Below are positions 1-9,546 of a DNA stretch of 38,108 nucleotides, one piece after another. Within the stretch, counting starts at the first letter, position 1. Every line of letters begins with the position of its first letter. The position numbers were made by a program, and so were the translations under genes. Origin of the DNA: a virus (taxonomy: Duplodnaviria > Heunggongvirae > Uroviricota > Caudoviricetes); IMG/VR virus record IMGVR_UViG_2563366933_000009, positions 1 to 38,108 of that record; one strand, 5' to 3'. The notes beneath the pieces were generated by a model. The model was not told the origin of the DNA. It was given only the letters and a program-made list of their open reading frames with translations, and ran no database searches.

Positions 1-94
1 CTTGAGTCTTGAGTCTTGAGTCTTGAGTCTTGAGTCTTGAGTCTTGAGTCTTGAGTCTTGAGTCTTGAGTCTTGAGTCTTGAGTCTTGAGTCTT
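1..94. repeat. Tandem heptanucleotide repeat (CTTGAGT) x13 plus partial unit, running to the window edge
   Basis: Direct reading: 13 perfect CTTGAGT units at 1-91 followed by CTT; the array may continue upstream of the window. Confidence 0.95.
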
Positions 95-172
95 AACATA
101 TTAGTATCCTACGTTATTTTACCACTAGTTACTTTTCTTGTCATTAAAAAGCATTTAAATTTTTATATTTAA

Positions 173-250
173 TTTCGTTGACGTCAATGTTTTTTGCCAA
201 TGTACTTACTTCTTTATGTGATCAGTTCATATTTTTGACGCCAACGAAAC
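173..250. repeat. Imperfect inverted repeat (TTTCGTTGACGTCAA ... TTGACGCCAACGAAA) around an AT-rich spacer just 3' of the tailspike stop; possible terminator or att-arm element
   Basis: 15-bp arms with one mismatch at about 173-187 and 236-250; TTGACGTCAA is itself palindromic; AT-rich context at the prophage end. Confidence 0.35.
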
Positions 251-252
251 AT

Positions 253-3198
253 TTAGTGCTTCCCTTCTATTAAGTCTAACCTAGCTTTTATTCTTTCTAT
301 TTCTCTGCGCTGCCATGCTGCCTCGATATAGAATAAGAGATCAGGTCTGACCCCCCATCTAGATCCTGCTGGCGTTATTTCAACGCGCTCAATGATGTCT
401 TCCATTACCATCACTGGATTATCATCCTCATCAACAATGATGCTCCCGTCATTATCAGTCAGCGGCATTTCCCTTTGGCCAGTAATGACGTCATCATATA
501 CTGCGGGATAATCGTCATAGCAAAGAAAGGCATAGCGGCATGTTGTGCTTTCTTCTTCCATGAGTCCGTGAGAAATAAGAACATCACGAAGTTGCTGCGC
601 GATTACACCATGATGTATCCTCGCCCCTTCTTCCCCCTTTATAGCGACAGCGTTCAGCCATTTATAAGCGATATACCTGACGTCACCCCAGGCATCCAGC
701 AATGCTTCGTCAGGAGAGACCGGCTCTGTCTTTAATGTTCCGTCACTGGTAACCACAGGATTGGAGCCAAGATAAACTGTCGAGAACCTGTTTCCCGGAC
801 CACCAAGAGCATTTACATTATCAAGATAAGGTTTAACATCTCCGTTCTCAAAAAGATGTTCGAGTGCGTTATATACCGCGCGACGTGGAGTACTGCTTCC
901 GGAACCATGCAACGTTATCATTGCACCATCTGCTGAAGACGTTGTTTCACCGCCGCTAACGATTAATCTCTGAGCGGTAACATCATCAGACGGTACTTTC
1001 TTCGCAATAATGGCGTAATTACCCTCAAGTTTGACTTCCGCGCGAACTTGTCCTGATGTACCTGCATGGACAGTCAGTGACTGGACGGCAACATCATCTG
1101 TGAAATCAACGGGTACAGGAACCGTCCTCACGCCTGACGTCGACATAAAAGTAGGAAGCGTTCTGTTAGGAGTGGCTCCGTAGACAAAATCCCTTGAAAC
1201 AAATTCTTCCTGTTTAATTTTCACCCTGAAACAATACAAATCAGCCGGGTGACCATCGTGAAAATAAGGATATTTTCTGTTGTTATCCCCTATGCTCCAT
1301 GGGTTTAGAAAGTCTTCCCCACCGAAAATGTAGTACAGCCAGTTGTCTTTGATACAAACTGAACCAACACCAACCGCAGAGTTAACTATTCCGCCCTGAT
1401 AAATCTGATCAGTAACATTAACCCACTCTACATTATCCAGACTCCACTCATTGACGTTAACTCTGGTCATAAATGTTCTTGGATAGTTTCCTGCATAACG
1501 GTTATCAGGTTCTCCTCCTTCCCACTCACCAAATGCGCGCTCACTGCCAAAAATAATCAGCTCATCGCCAACTTTGGCAAAAGGAAGGTTTGAGTGATGA
1601 ACATTATTTGGGAAGCGAAGAGAATTCCATGATGTACCTAAATCAGAGCTTCTGTGCAATGAACTACCGGGTTGAGTACTTAATGTCCCCCTGGTCGTCA
1701 GATACAGAATGCCATCATAATATTTTACACATGGCTCAGATGCATTCGCCTCATATTCTGCAGGTATGCGTCTGCGAACAAAGCTACCAGGAGAACCGAA
1801 AGCATCAGAGAAATAGAGTATCCCAAGCTCGCGTGGACCAATATCACCATTATGGTAGCCAACAGCAAAACTGTTATCGCTAATCGTCGCAAAACTGTGA
1901 ATCTCAGTAACAGGAGTGCTTCCGTCAACAAAAGAAGGAATAGTTCCAAGACTGGTTTTTCTCCATGGTGACGAGTGAAATGATGTACCAAAACTCCAGT
2001 ATCTACCCTCGTTATTCTGATCCACATCCTGGGTATTTTGCGTCGTAACTGTAAAAGTATTTTTATCAATAACAGTAGTCACCGTCATATTCCCGGTAAC
2101 ACCTGTAACACCAGAGTTTGAGAAGTTGACAAAATCACCAGCAAATAATCCGTGATCAGTAATGCGAATATAAGCGACTTGCTGATTTGCTGCTTTCGTT
2201 ATACCACCATAAACGCGAAGGCTGCGACTCATTGGGCGATCCCACAACTCTGCAACCTGCAGTTTATTTCCGCTCACAGTCCGCGTCTCAATTACAGCAA
2301 AAAGGCGATTTCTGACAACCCCCATACTCATGCAGTGATAGTTAACTGTGGGATAGTTTTCATGTAAATCTGTAAGCCATTCCGGCGTTGTCCAGGTCTT
2401 CCCGTCATCTCCTGAGCGAACCCATGCAACATGGAGGTTATTTACACCATGACGGTCTCCAGCCATAAAAGGCGCATAGATGACATTGTCATATACAAAC
2501 GTTTTATCCTGCGTCCAGGCGTTGTACCACGGTGTATCTGTAATTTTAAATAACTCTCCCTGGATAAAATCTTCAGAAGCATAAAAAAGAGGCTGGCCCG
2601 GTATTCTCTCAAATAAAAAACGAGCATTTTTAAATCGACTGACATCTGGAAGAGTTGATACTTTAAAAGTAAGCCCTCGCCCATCTATCTTTTCACCACC
2701 TGTTGCAACAGAAAGTAATTCTGATAGAGCTGATGTATCATCATGAACACCATCACCAATAGCCCCCCAACCTCTTACATCATAACTGTCTCTCCATCTT
2801 GCTATCTGAAGTTTTGGGTATTTATTCGCTCCATCTGGGTCTTCTAATTGCTGCCGTAACTGATCAGGATCATACTTCAGCACATTAGGAAAATAGAACT
2901 GCTGTGTACCATACGCATCATAAACAGCCATAGAATGGCCTTGCACGGTTACGAATTTGGCAATCTGTCCGTTATATACCGGATATCCAGCAGCGTTAAT
3001 GATTATTGGTTGCGAAACAGGAATGTGAGAACCGTCTTCGTTCTCTACATAAACCTGAATCTGGTTTTCAGGATTTACAGGGTCAGTGTCAATTTTACCG
3101 ATATAAATTTTGCCATTGGCTACGGCTTTAAAAGAACGAGCCATAGTGAAGAGTTGCGAAGGCATACTTACTACAACATTGGCTGTAATGTCTGTCAT
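253..3198 (-). CDS. Tailspike protein: P22 gp9-type N-terminal head-binding domain fused to a different beta-helix receptor-binding/depolymerase domain and a C-terminal intramolecular-chaperone-like domain
   Basis: 981-aa ORF; N-terminus [11 protein letters not shown]...[12 protein letters not shown]...VLKYDPDQ matches the P22 tailspike head-binding domain; [14 protein letters not shown] motif typical of pectate-lyase-like tailspikes; Shine-Dalgarno TGGAG upstream. Confidence 0.9.
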   Translation of the reverse strand: MTDITANVVVSMPSQLFTMARSFKAVANGKIYIGKIDTDPVNPENQIQVYVENEDGSHIPVSQPIIINAAGYPVYNGQIAKFVTVQGHSMAVYDAYGTQQFYFPNVLKYDPDQLRQQLEDPDGANKYPKLQIARWRDSYDVRGWGAIGDGVHDDTSALSELLSVATGGEKIDGRGLTFKVSTLPDVSRFKNARFLFERIPGQPLFYASEDFIQGELFKITDTPWYNAWTQDKTFVYDNVIYAPFMAGDRHGVNNLHVAWVRSGDDGKTWTTPEWLTDLHENYPTVNYHCMSMGVVRNRLFAVIETRTVSGNKLQVAELWDRPMSRSLRVYGGITKAANQQVAYIRITDHGLFAGDFVNFSNSGVTGVTGNMTVTTVIDKNTFTVTTQNTQDVDQNNEGRYWSFGTSFHSSPWRKTSLGTIPSFVDGSTPVTEIHSFATISDNSFAVGYHNGDIGPRELGILYFSDAFGSPGSFVRRRIPAEYEANASEPCVKYYDGILYLTTRGTLSTQPGSSLHRSSDLGTSWNSLRFPNNVHHSNLPFAKVGDELIIFGSERAFGEWEGGEPDNRYAGNYPRTFMTRVNVNEWSLDNVEWVNVTDQIYQGGIVNSAVGVGSVCIKDNWLYYIFGGEDFLNPWSIGDNNRKYPYFHDGHPADLYCFRVKIKQEEFVSRDFVYGATPNRTLPTFMSTSGVRTVPVPVDFTDDVAVQSLTVHAGTSGQVRAEVKLEGNYAIIAKKVPSDDVTAQRLIVSGGETTSSADGAMITLHGSGSSTPRRAVYNALEHLFENGDVKPYLDNVNALGGPGNRFSTVYLGSNPVVTSDGTLKTEPVSPDEALLDAWGDVRYIAYKWLNAVAIKGEEGARIHHGVIAQQLRDVLISHGLMEEESTTCRYAFLCYDDYPAVYDDVITGQREMPLTDNDGSIIVDEDDNPVMVMEDIIERVEITPAGSRWGVRPDLLFYIEAAWQRREIERIKARLDLIEGKH

Positions 3199-3330
3199 TT
3201 AATTTGCTCCAGATACAAGGAATCGCCGCAGCATGGCTACGGTTGGCATTTATTACATACCGAAACGGTACGATTGTTGATTTGTACAGTAGGTTTTACG
3301 ATGCCATTCCACCCATTTGGTGAGGCATTG

Positions 3331-3588
3331 ATGATGTACAGCAAATACGATGAGGCGCAGTTCCACTTGAGGCTTACACACGAGTTGCACGCTAAGATTA
3401 AGCAGCGTGCAAAAATGAATAACAGGTCTATCAATTCCGAAATTGTGGCTACGATGGAAGAATCACTCTCCAAACCATCACCTGTAAGCGGGTATCGTGA
3501 TGAAGAAGAGAGGCTGGCCTCATTAATCTCGGAACGAGTAAAAGAAGTTGCGGCTGAAATTCTAAGGAAAGAAAAAACCCGCGATTAA
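3331..3588 (+). CDS. mnt: Mnt-like ribbon-helix-helix repressor (Arc/MetJ family)
   Basis: Internal ATG of track ORF 2935-3588 preceded by GGTGAGG; product (85 aa) has NNRSINSEIV RHH motif and an SKPSPVSGYRDEEERLA segment resembling P22 Mnt. The upstream part of the track ORF is antisense to the tailspike 5' end and was discarded. Confidence 0.75.
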   Translation: MMYSKYDEAQFHLRLTHELHAKIKQRAKMNNRSINSEIVATMEESLSKPSPVSGYRDEEERLASLISERVKEVAAEILRKEKTRD

Positions 3589-3603
3589 GCGGGTTTAGTT
3601 TTC
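3572..3603. terminator. Bidirectional intrinsic terminator between convergent mnt-like and antirepressor genes
   Basis: Stem AACCCGC/GCGGGTT with 6-nt loop, flanked by an A-run on one side and a T-rich tract on the other. Confidence 0.55.
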
Positions 3604-3614
3604 ATTATAAAATG

Positions 3615-4343
3615 TTACGCCACATTTGAGCCATGTAGCAGGTGTTGTAGTGCTTTAACGCCTTCAGAATTGTAACGGAACGCCTCTACCTGTTTGCTGG
3701 AATGCGCCGATTTATCCAGGAAGAACTTCCCGTACTGCTCAGTTTTGAGGTTGTTTGCGTTAGCAATGCGACCAATCTTGTTGGCCGTTACTCCAAGCTG
3801 CTCTGCAACCTCCCCTGCTGAGTAGTAATGCTCTTCTATTGCCGGAAGAGGTATTGCATTAAAACCAACAAGCGGGTTGATTATACTTGCTGCCGCTGTC
3901 TGCTTTGCCTCAGGCGCAAGATTTGGCATCAGATCGAACAGATTGGTAACAGCTTCAACCGTCATTTTCAATGTTCGCGCTTGACGATACTCAACAAGTC
4001 CACTCGCTGATTTACCGCTTTTAATGTGCGCTTCTTGCATACTTTCAAGTTGGTCTACCAGTGAGCGGCGAACGGCTTTTGACTCGCGAGCGGCAACTCG
4101 CAATGCTTGCTTGATTGACATCTCAATGATAACCATCGAAGTTTTGTTCGCTTTTTGCACTACACTTTTTGTGTAGTGCTCTCCATCCAATTCATCTTCA
4201 ATTTTCTCGATGAATTTGTTATTACGAACCTCCGGCTCACCGCACTGTCTACGAGCCTGATTTACCATCTCAAGCAGGCGCTGGCTGTCAATGGTTTTAT
4301 CCGTGACAACGGATCCGATGTTTGCTACATTCTTAAAAGTCAT
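3615..4343 (-). CDS. Antirepressor-like protein, KilAC-type C-terminal domain
   Basis: Start taken at internal Met (MTFKNVANIG) with AAGGAA Shine-Dalgarno; C-terminal region has the HTH-like motif seen in phage antirepressor KilAC domains; lies in the ant position of an immI-like cluster. Confidence 0.65.
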   Translation of the reverse strand: MTFKNVANIGSVVTDKTIDSQRLLEMVNQARRQCGEPEVRNNKFIEKIEDELDGEHYTKSVVQKANKTSMVIIEMSIKQALRVAARESKAVRRSLVDQLESMQEAHIKSGKSASGLVEYRQARTLKMTVEAVTNLFDLMPNLAPEAKQTAAASIINPLVGFNAIPLPAIEEHYYSAGEVAEQLGVTANKIGRIANANNLKTEQYGKFFLDKSAHSSKQVEAFRYNSEGVKALQHLLHGSNVA

Positions 4344-4412
4344 TAGGCATTCCTTATGTGGTAGTAAGGGTGTGACATAGGCCGCCAGCAGCACACTGGC
4401 GGTTTTCTTTTT
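4338..4412 (+). ncRNA. Putative sar-like antisense RNA covering the translation start of the KilAC antirepressor gene
   Basis: Plus-strand promoter-like GTGACA -17 bp- TACATT at about 4303-4331 inside the antirepressor 5' coding region, and a plus-strand intrinsic terminator about 75 nt downstream; no plus-strand gene is served by this terminator. Confidence 0.3.
4382..4412 (+). terminator. Intrinsic terminator on the plus strand (antisense to the ant genes)
   Basis: Stem CCGCCAG/CTGGCGG with 7-nt loop followed by TTTTCTTTTT. Confidence 0.55.
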
Positions 4413-4431
4413 GCGCCGTCCGGCGCACCAA

Positions 4432-5070
4432 TCAATGAATCCATTCCTCGCCGCGCAGTTTTGCCAGCATTGGCTGAGCGTTCTTTACGACAAAATTGTT
4501 GGTATCAAGATTCTTCATTTCACGAAGAAGTGATTTCTTGGTTTCTTCTGACATATAGCGAGTCTCATATGCGATATCGTAAATCCTTCCTGAAAGCTCA
4601 GAACAAATTTGCTTCATTCCTGGGTAGATGTGTTTGCACATTTGTTGACTCTTCTCCATCCACAATTGTAAGTAGCAGAGATTAACCAGTTCTTCGTCAG
4701 TAAACTGTTTTGCAATCGGTGAGCATTCTGCCTGCCGATCCAAAATATCCAGCACCCAGCGGCGGAACTCTTTGGCCTTGGGCGTAGAAGCAAACATCGC
4801 CACCAAGTGAGCGCCTCGGAGCGAGTAAACTCTGACCGATTTGTTACGTAAGCTATTGTTTATTCCGTTGACCTTCATATTGAGGGTCAATGACATTGAG
4901 TCGGAAAATTCGTCAGCATTACGGGCATAAATTTGGCTGATGGCATCAGTTTTTTTATAGCCGAGAGCCTTAGCTAGTTCGGCGGAGGTGAACCAGATAG
5001 ACCCGCCCTCTGTTACAGGGTTAAAAGTGAATCCTTGGAAGTTATAATCTGATTTTGCTACAATATTCAT
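4432..5070 (-). CDS. Bro-N domain antirepressor-like protein
   Basis: Start taken at MNIVAKSDYNFQGF with AAGGAAA Shine-Dalgarno 5 nt upstream; N-terminal motif FQGFTF...IWFTSAELAKALGY is typical of Bro-N domains; immediately downstream of the arc-like gene. Confidence 0.7.
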   Translation of the reverse strand: MNIVAKSDYNFQGFTFNPVTEGGSIWFTSAELAKALGYKKTDAISQIYARNADEFSDSMSLTLNMKVNGINNSLRNKSVRVYSLRGAHLVAMFASTPKAKEFRRWVLDILDRQAECSPIAKQFTDEELVNLCYLQLWMEKSQQMCKHIYPGMKQICSELSGRIYDIAYETRYMSEETKKSLLREMKNLDTNNFVVKNAQPMLAKLRGEEWIH

Positions 5071-5143
5071 GTTAGTTTCCTTGCATACGGTTACTGACAT
5101 AGAGGCCCGGTTTGTGTTCGCGCACTGCCGGGCTTCACTATTT

Positions 5144-5320
5144 TTACTGGGCATTAGCTCTTTCCTCTCTCAGGCTTTTAGCCAGTCGCTGCACAATCGC
5201 AGAGTTGATAGAAATTCCATCCATTTCAGCTACGCGTCTGATCTCCTCCTTCATTCGCGCTGGCAAACGAAGCTGGAAACTCTGACTTTTACGACCACTG
5301 TAAAGAACATCGCTCATCAT
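5144..5320 (-). CDS. arc: Arc-like ribbon-helix-helix repressor
   Basis: 58-aa product from internal Met with GGAGA Shine-Dalgarno; FQLRLPARMKEEIRRVAEMDGISINSAIVQRL matches the Arc/Mnt RHH fold pattern; divergent from an mnt-like gene as in P22 immI. Confidence 0.7.
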   Translation of the reverse strand: MMSDVLYSGRKSQSFQLRLPARMKEEIRRVAEMDGISINSAIVQRLAKSLREERANAQ

Positions 5321-5336
5321 CAATATCTCCGTCATA

Positions 5337-5357
5337 ATGACATCACCATGATGTCAT
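5337..5357. promoter_or_regulatory. 21-bp operator-like palindrome in the arc / mnt-like divergent intergenic region
   Basis: ATGACATCA-CCA-TGATGTCAT, perfect 9-bp inverted arms; a second inverted pair CATTATG ... CATAATG lies just downstream. Confidence 0.5.
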
Positions 5358-5440
5358 GACACCATTATGATGCCATTGCTCATAATGTCAATATGATGCT
5401 ACTGTGTTTTTTATTGCTCATATGCCTTGCGAATAAGAAA

Positions 5441-5692
5441 ATGTCAGAAAAAGACGAATCAAATTTCATAGAAAGATTTACGGTTAGAATGCCTGACGGC
5501 ATGCGTAGTGCTATTGCGGAAAGGGCTAAACGAAACGGTCGATCTATGAACTCAGAGATAGTTCAAATTCTTGAGGATGCGTTATCATATGACGTCTCAT
5601 CAGTAGACAAATCATTAGATCTTAAACAAATAAAATCTTTACTTGATAAAATTTCCAACGAGTTACTGGATAGAATCCCAAAAGACACATAA
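5441..5692 (+). CDS. Second Mnt/Arc-family RHH repressor paralog
   Basis: Internal Met start (MSEKDESNFIERFTVRMPDGMRSAIAERAKRNGRSMNSEIVQILEDAL) with RHH signature RxxNGRSMNSEIV; divergent from arc. Confidence 0.6.
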   Translation: MSEKDESNFIERFTVRMPDGMRSAIAERAKRNGRSMNSEIVQILEDALSYDVSSVDKSLDLKQIKSLLDKISNELLDRIPKDT

Positions 5693-5738
5693 CAAAACAT
5701 TATCATCCGGTGTTCTGCTCAAAACTAAGGAGGTTGGT

Positions 5739-6059
5739 GTGTATATATCGCTATCTACCATTTTTTTCATCTGCTTAGCTATTTGGCTTTTAAGAATATG
5801 GCAGGATTGCTCTGTCAGCCATGCTGCTGCGGTGAGAAATAAAAACGCCCTCATAAAAGAAGCTGAAAACGTTGTTTTATCAATGGATCACCTTTCATGG
5901 ACCGAGATGACTACAGGGCAACAAGAGGTTTATGAGTGTGCGATTGAGCGGTTAAGGCTGCTTAAATCGTACAAAAAGAACCACGCACCCGACTCATTCC
6001 CATTCCTGAAAGAATGGCCGAGATGGTATGACCCGAGAAAAGCAACCATCAACCGCTAA
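5739..6059 (+). CDS. Small single-pass membrane protein, paralog of the cI-linked ORF at 30739-31053; function unknown
   Basis: GTG start 6 nt after AAGGAGG; hydrophobic N-terminus ISLSTIFFICLAIWLL; shares a YECAIERL-centred region and a W-P motif with the ORF at 30739-31053. Confidence 0.6.
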   Translation: MYISLSTIFFICLAIWLLRIWQDCSVSHAAAVRNKNALIKEAENVVLSMDHLSWTEMTTGQQEVYECAIERLRLLKSYKKNHAPDSFPFLKEWPRWYDPRKATINR

Positions 6060-6067
6060 CCAACTTT

Positions 6068-8074
6068 TTACTGCCGGGCTTTCTCACTTGAAGCCTGAAT
6101 TAGAGGTGTAAGAGTTTCAGATACCCGTCTGATCGCTCTATCATAAGCAGTACTTCCTTTTGGTGTGTTTGCTAACTTTAGTAATGCGTTCCTCATCGCG
6201 CGTGACTCATAGCCCCTGCCAGCCATACCGATACCAGCTCCAACTGCCGCAACTTTTGCAAACATTGGATTTGTAACAGACGCAAGAGCTGTTATCAGCG
6301 CTGCTGGACCAGCTACCATTTGCCCTGTTAGTGGGCTTGCGGCAGCAGTAGCTGCCTGTCTAGTGGAATCAAGATATTTCATTATCCCATCAAGCTGTTT
6401 CCCATGCTCTCCTCTGAAGAACGTCTCAGCCTGCTTCCGATTCCTTTTCATTTCATTAATAAACTTCTCAACGCTAAGCTTTCCTGAATCGCTTGTCGCC
6501 TTATCCATTGCACGCTGAACAAGTGCTGCTCTAGCATTTTGACGCCCACTATCATCAAGCAATCGATAAAGTTGCGCCCTTTCCGCTGGGCTTTGGCTGA
6601 ATACTAGTTTAGTGACATCTTCTGGCGTTGTTTTACCACTCTGAATAGCTTTTTGGACACGTGTATTGCTCATCATGTCGTTGAACTTTGCCCAAGAACG
6701 ATCAACACGCGACATGTTTTGCGCTTCCTTCGCACCTAGTTTTGCGCCAACCGCTTTTTTCATGTCTGTTGTGTATGCGTTATAAACAGACTGCGCAGCT
6801 TTCTCCAGCGTATCTCTATCGACCTCGTCAGGTGCTGCCATAAAGCGCTTACGTAAGTTTGTACGGTTTTCTCTAGCTAATTGCAGGTTATTTGGACCGC
6901 TGGTGATGTCATTTCTAAACTGTTGAAGGACAGAAACAGCTGAGCGGTCTTGCGATACTCCTGGGCGAGTTAACTTGGAAATCTGCTCATCAATTGCTTT
7001 CACTGTTCCAGTGATGTCAACAGGAGTATCCCCCATCAAACTGATGATCCTGTCGTACCGCTTGCCAGCAGCCTGAATAAATTGCTGCTGACCACGAGTA
7101 GCTGATTGGTAAAGTTGTGCGTCAGATATTCCACCAACATTATCGCTAAATGTTCTAACTAAATCTTCCCTGGCCTTTTGCTGTGCATTTCTTATCCCAC
7201 CTGTTCCGGCTATTGGGATTCGCTCAGCCATAGCTCGTGCTTGCTTACCAATATTTGTTCCCGGTTCCACAAGATCTGTTGTCATCAGTGGCAAGTTGTT
7301 CTGCTTGGCAAAGTCAATCTGAGCTTGTTTTTCAGGAGCTATCTTACCCATAGCAGAACGAGACACTGCGCTTGCGGTGTTTTCTACACCCTTCAGTACC
7401 CCACCAAGACCAGCAGAAATTGCAGTTTGAACTGGATTAACATTCTCACCGCCAGCGATCTTAGTGGCCCCCTGTAAAGCTAAATCAGTAGCGCCTGATT
7501 TTAGTGTTGCACCTACAACAGACGCAGCTCTACCTGCTGGAGTGAATGCAAGAGCATTTGCCAAGAATGACGTTATATCCTGCGGTGACAAACCAGGCTT
7601 GTTAAGTGCATATTCCCCTGAAGGAAGGGTGACTATGGAATTTCCCTTCTCATCCTTCCGGATTTTCCCGCCAATACTTTGCAGTATTTTCTCCTGTGAA
7701 GCGTCGGAACCAAATAGCTGCCCCAATCCAGCACGCAGCGCATCAGTGCTTAAGCTATTAAGCTCTGGAGCAGACCCAACATTTTGCAGTCTCTCCATTT
7801 CTGGTGTCATTCGGCTTTCACCGGTAACGGCATCGCGCATTGCAGCACCTAAAACAGCCCCTTGCTCAGCAGAGCGATCTAGTCCTTCCTTCTGCTGAGT
7901 GGCAAGCTGTGCATATCCTGATGCAAGTGAGTTGTCTGCTGGCGATTGCTGAACACCTTGTTGTGTTGGTGCTGACTGACCAGCAAAATACTCATCAATG
8001 GCGGTGCCAATATCTTCGGTGCTCGTACCATCAGGGAAGGTAAATGTCTTACCGTTTGCAGTAACTTTCATCAT
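6068..8074 (-). CDS. Ejection (injection) protein, P22 gp16-like
   Basis: 668-aa ORF at the gp16 position in a P22-type gene order; Gly/Ala-rich composition; overlaps the upstream gene stop. Confidence 0.8.
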   Translation of the reverse strand: MMKVTANGKTFTFPDGTSTEDIGTAIDEYFAGQSAPTQQGVQQSPADNSLASGYAQLATQQKEGLDRSAEQGAVLGAAMRDAVTGESRMTPEMERLQNVGSAPELNSLSTDALRAGLGQLFGSDASQEKILQSIGGKIRKDEKGNSIVTLPSGEYALNKPGLSPQDITSFLANALAFTPAGRAASVVGATLKSGATDLALQGATKIAGGENVNPVQTAISAGLGGVLKGVENTASAVSRSAMGKIAPEKQAQIDFAKQNNLPLMTTDLVEPGTNIGKQARAMAERIPIAGTGGIRNAQQKAREDLVRTFSDNVGGISDAQLYQSATRGQQQFIQAAGKRYDRIISLMGDTPVDITGTVKAIDEQISKLTRPGVSQDRSAVSVLQQFRNDITSGPNNLQLARENRTNLRKRFMAAPDEVDRDTLEKAAQSVYNAYTTDMKKAVGAKLGAKEAQNMSRVDRSWAKFNDMMSNTRVQKAIQSGKTTPEDVTKLVFSQSPAERAQLYRLLDDSGRQNARAALVQRAMDKATSDSGKLSVEKFINEMKRNRKQAETFFRGEHGKQLDGIMKYLDSTRQAATAAASPLTGQMVAGPAALITALASVTNPMFAKVAAVGAGIGMAGRGYESRAMRNALLKLANTPKGSTAYDRAIRRVSETLTPLIQASSEKARQ

Positions 8075-9537
8075 TCCACCGTAAATTGAATGCCTGATTT
8101 TGAGGTATATGATCCGGATTGACTCTGCTGCTGTTGGGTATTTGTCGGTTGTTGGCTATTGCTCTGTTGTTGACTATTTGCAGCACTTGAAACCACCAAA
8201 GCATCATAAACGCGACCAGACTGACCACGTAATGAGTTATATTGGCCCTGCATTTTTCGCATTTTTGTTTCAGTAGCAGCCTTGGAATCACCGGGCTGAG
8301 GCAGGTACATTTTGGAATACTCCTGCATCTCTGGCAGAGTAATTGCTGCACCTGTTTCTGGGCGCAAAATTGCATACAAGGCGTCTCTCGCATTTACCAT
8401 ATATTGCTGCTCCGCTGGTGATAGGCTTAAATTTGCAATAGTCCCATCACCAAGAGAGCGATTTATTAATGCAACTCGCTTAGGGTCAATGCTTTTACTA
8501 AGCTGATTCATTGAGTCCATTGAATCTTTTAATCGCAAAGCAAATCCTGCCGCCTTCTTGGAACCCTCATTAGCCTTATCTATGATGCTTTGCGCTTGTG
8601 GCAAGCTAATTGGTTTAATGCCATCACCAGATATAGGTTGGTTTAGTTTTCCTGCTTCCTCGCTGCCATCGGTGTAATACTTAGTTACCGAGCCATCAGG
8701 ATTGGTTTCAACCTTAAGTAATTTCTTAGCATTGGGATTAATTCCCGCCGCTGCCGCAAATGCCGCTGCACCATCTGGATCCGCCTTTAACATTTGCGCG
8801 TACTGATTGTAATTCTGCATTGCGGCTGTTGGTGCATATGCTGACGTTAACGCATTTGCTCGGCTAATATCCTGCCCTCTCGCCTGAAGTGCCTCTCCTG
8901 CCTGATTGCTGCGGATTGTCTCTGCCAGTCTGCCTCGGTCAATCTCACGACCAGCCATCTTGTCCTGAACATTGAAGTAATCAATCGGACCAAGCGCAGC
9001 CATTCCAAGGTGATCAACAAACTCACCAAATCCTGAAGGATTCTGCTGATACATCTGAGCAACGTTATTAGGGTCAACACCGACGCGCGCCAGCTCATTG
9101 GCGTTGTTTTGCAGCCATGATTGCATTGCTTCTGGAGAAGATGACGCAAGACGTGCGCCAGCCGCTAATGTACCGATAGAATTACGCTGTTCTTCATCAA
9201 TGAATCCCATGCCTTTACGAACGGATTCAATCTGGTCTGGATATTGAGTAGCCAACTGACGCAAAGCACCGCGATCACCAGAAGCATAAGCATTAGCGTA
9301 TGCCTGCTGAAATTCTTTCTGCCGCTGAGCCTGCTTTTCCTGCTGAAACACCCCCGCAATACCTGAAAGGCCTTGCAAAGCAGTCAGCCCAACATTGTTA
9401 GCGCCTGAACGCTCAATATCATTGTTCTGCCTGATAAGCTGAAGCGTATTGCCGATGTCATTTACGCTCGGAGCGTTTGAGTTGACGCCGCCGATACCAG
9501 CCAACAATCCGCCATTTGATCCTTGCCAAGTAGCCAT
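8071..9537 (-). CDS. Ejection protein, P22 gp20-like
   Basis: 488-aa ORF in syntenic position between gp7-like and gp16-like genes; ATGA coupling to downstream gene. Confidence 0.8.
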   Translation of the reverse strand: MATWQGSNGGLLAGIGGVNSNAPSVNDIGNTLQLIRQNNDIERSGANNVGLTALQGLSGIAGVFQQEKQAQRQKEFQQAYANAYASGDRGALRQLATQYPDQIESVRKGMGFIDEEQRNSIGTLAAGARLASSSPEAMQSWLQNNANELARVGVDPNNVAQMYQQNPSGFGEFVDHLGMAALGPIDYFNVQDKMAGREIDRGRLAETIRSNQAGEALQARGQDISRANALTSAYAPTAAMQNYNQYAQMLKADPDGAAAFAAAAGINPNAKKLLKVETNPDGSVTKYYTDGSEEAGKLNQPISGDGIKPISLPQAQSIIDKANEGSKKAAGFALRLKDSMDSMNQLSKSIDPKRVALINRSLGDGTIANLSLSPAEQQYMVNARDALYAILRPETGAAITLPEMQEYSKMYLPQPGDSKAATETKMRKMQGQYNSLRGQSGRVYDALVVSSAANSQQQSNSQQPTNTQQQQSQSGSYTSKSGIQFTVE

Positions 9538-9546
9538 GATTACCCC

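Noticed and set aside
1-94. Heptamer array considered as CRISPR or coding repeat
   Set aside because: Unit is 7 bp with no spacers and no ORF across it; it is a simple tandem repeat (VNTR).
2935-3588. 217-aa plus-strand ORF spanning the tailspike 5' end and the Mnt-like gene
   Set aside because: Only the C-terminal 85 codons look like a real protein (RHH/Mnt-like, with its own Shine-Dalgarno). The N-terminal part is antisense to the tailspike start and low-complexity.
5643-5738. N-terminal extension of the membrane-protein ORF overlapping the Mnt-like gene
   Set aside because: A GTG start with a strong AAGGAGG Shine-Dalgarno at 5739 gives a product that aligns with its paralog; the extension overlaps the upstream gene in another frame.
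7464-7898. 144-aa plus-strand ORF inside the gp16-like gene (and similar antisense ORFs such as 475-735, 10377-10901, 13682-14119, 15784-16308, 17996-18460, 27914-28285)
   Set aside because: All lie antisense to or nested in strongly supported phage genes, lack ribosome-binding sites and have antisense-like composition.
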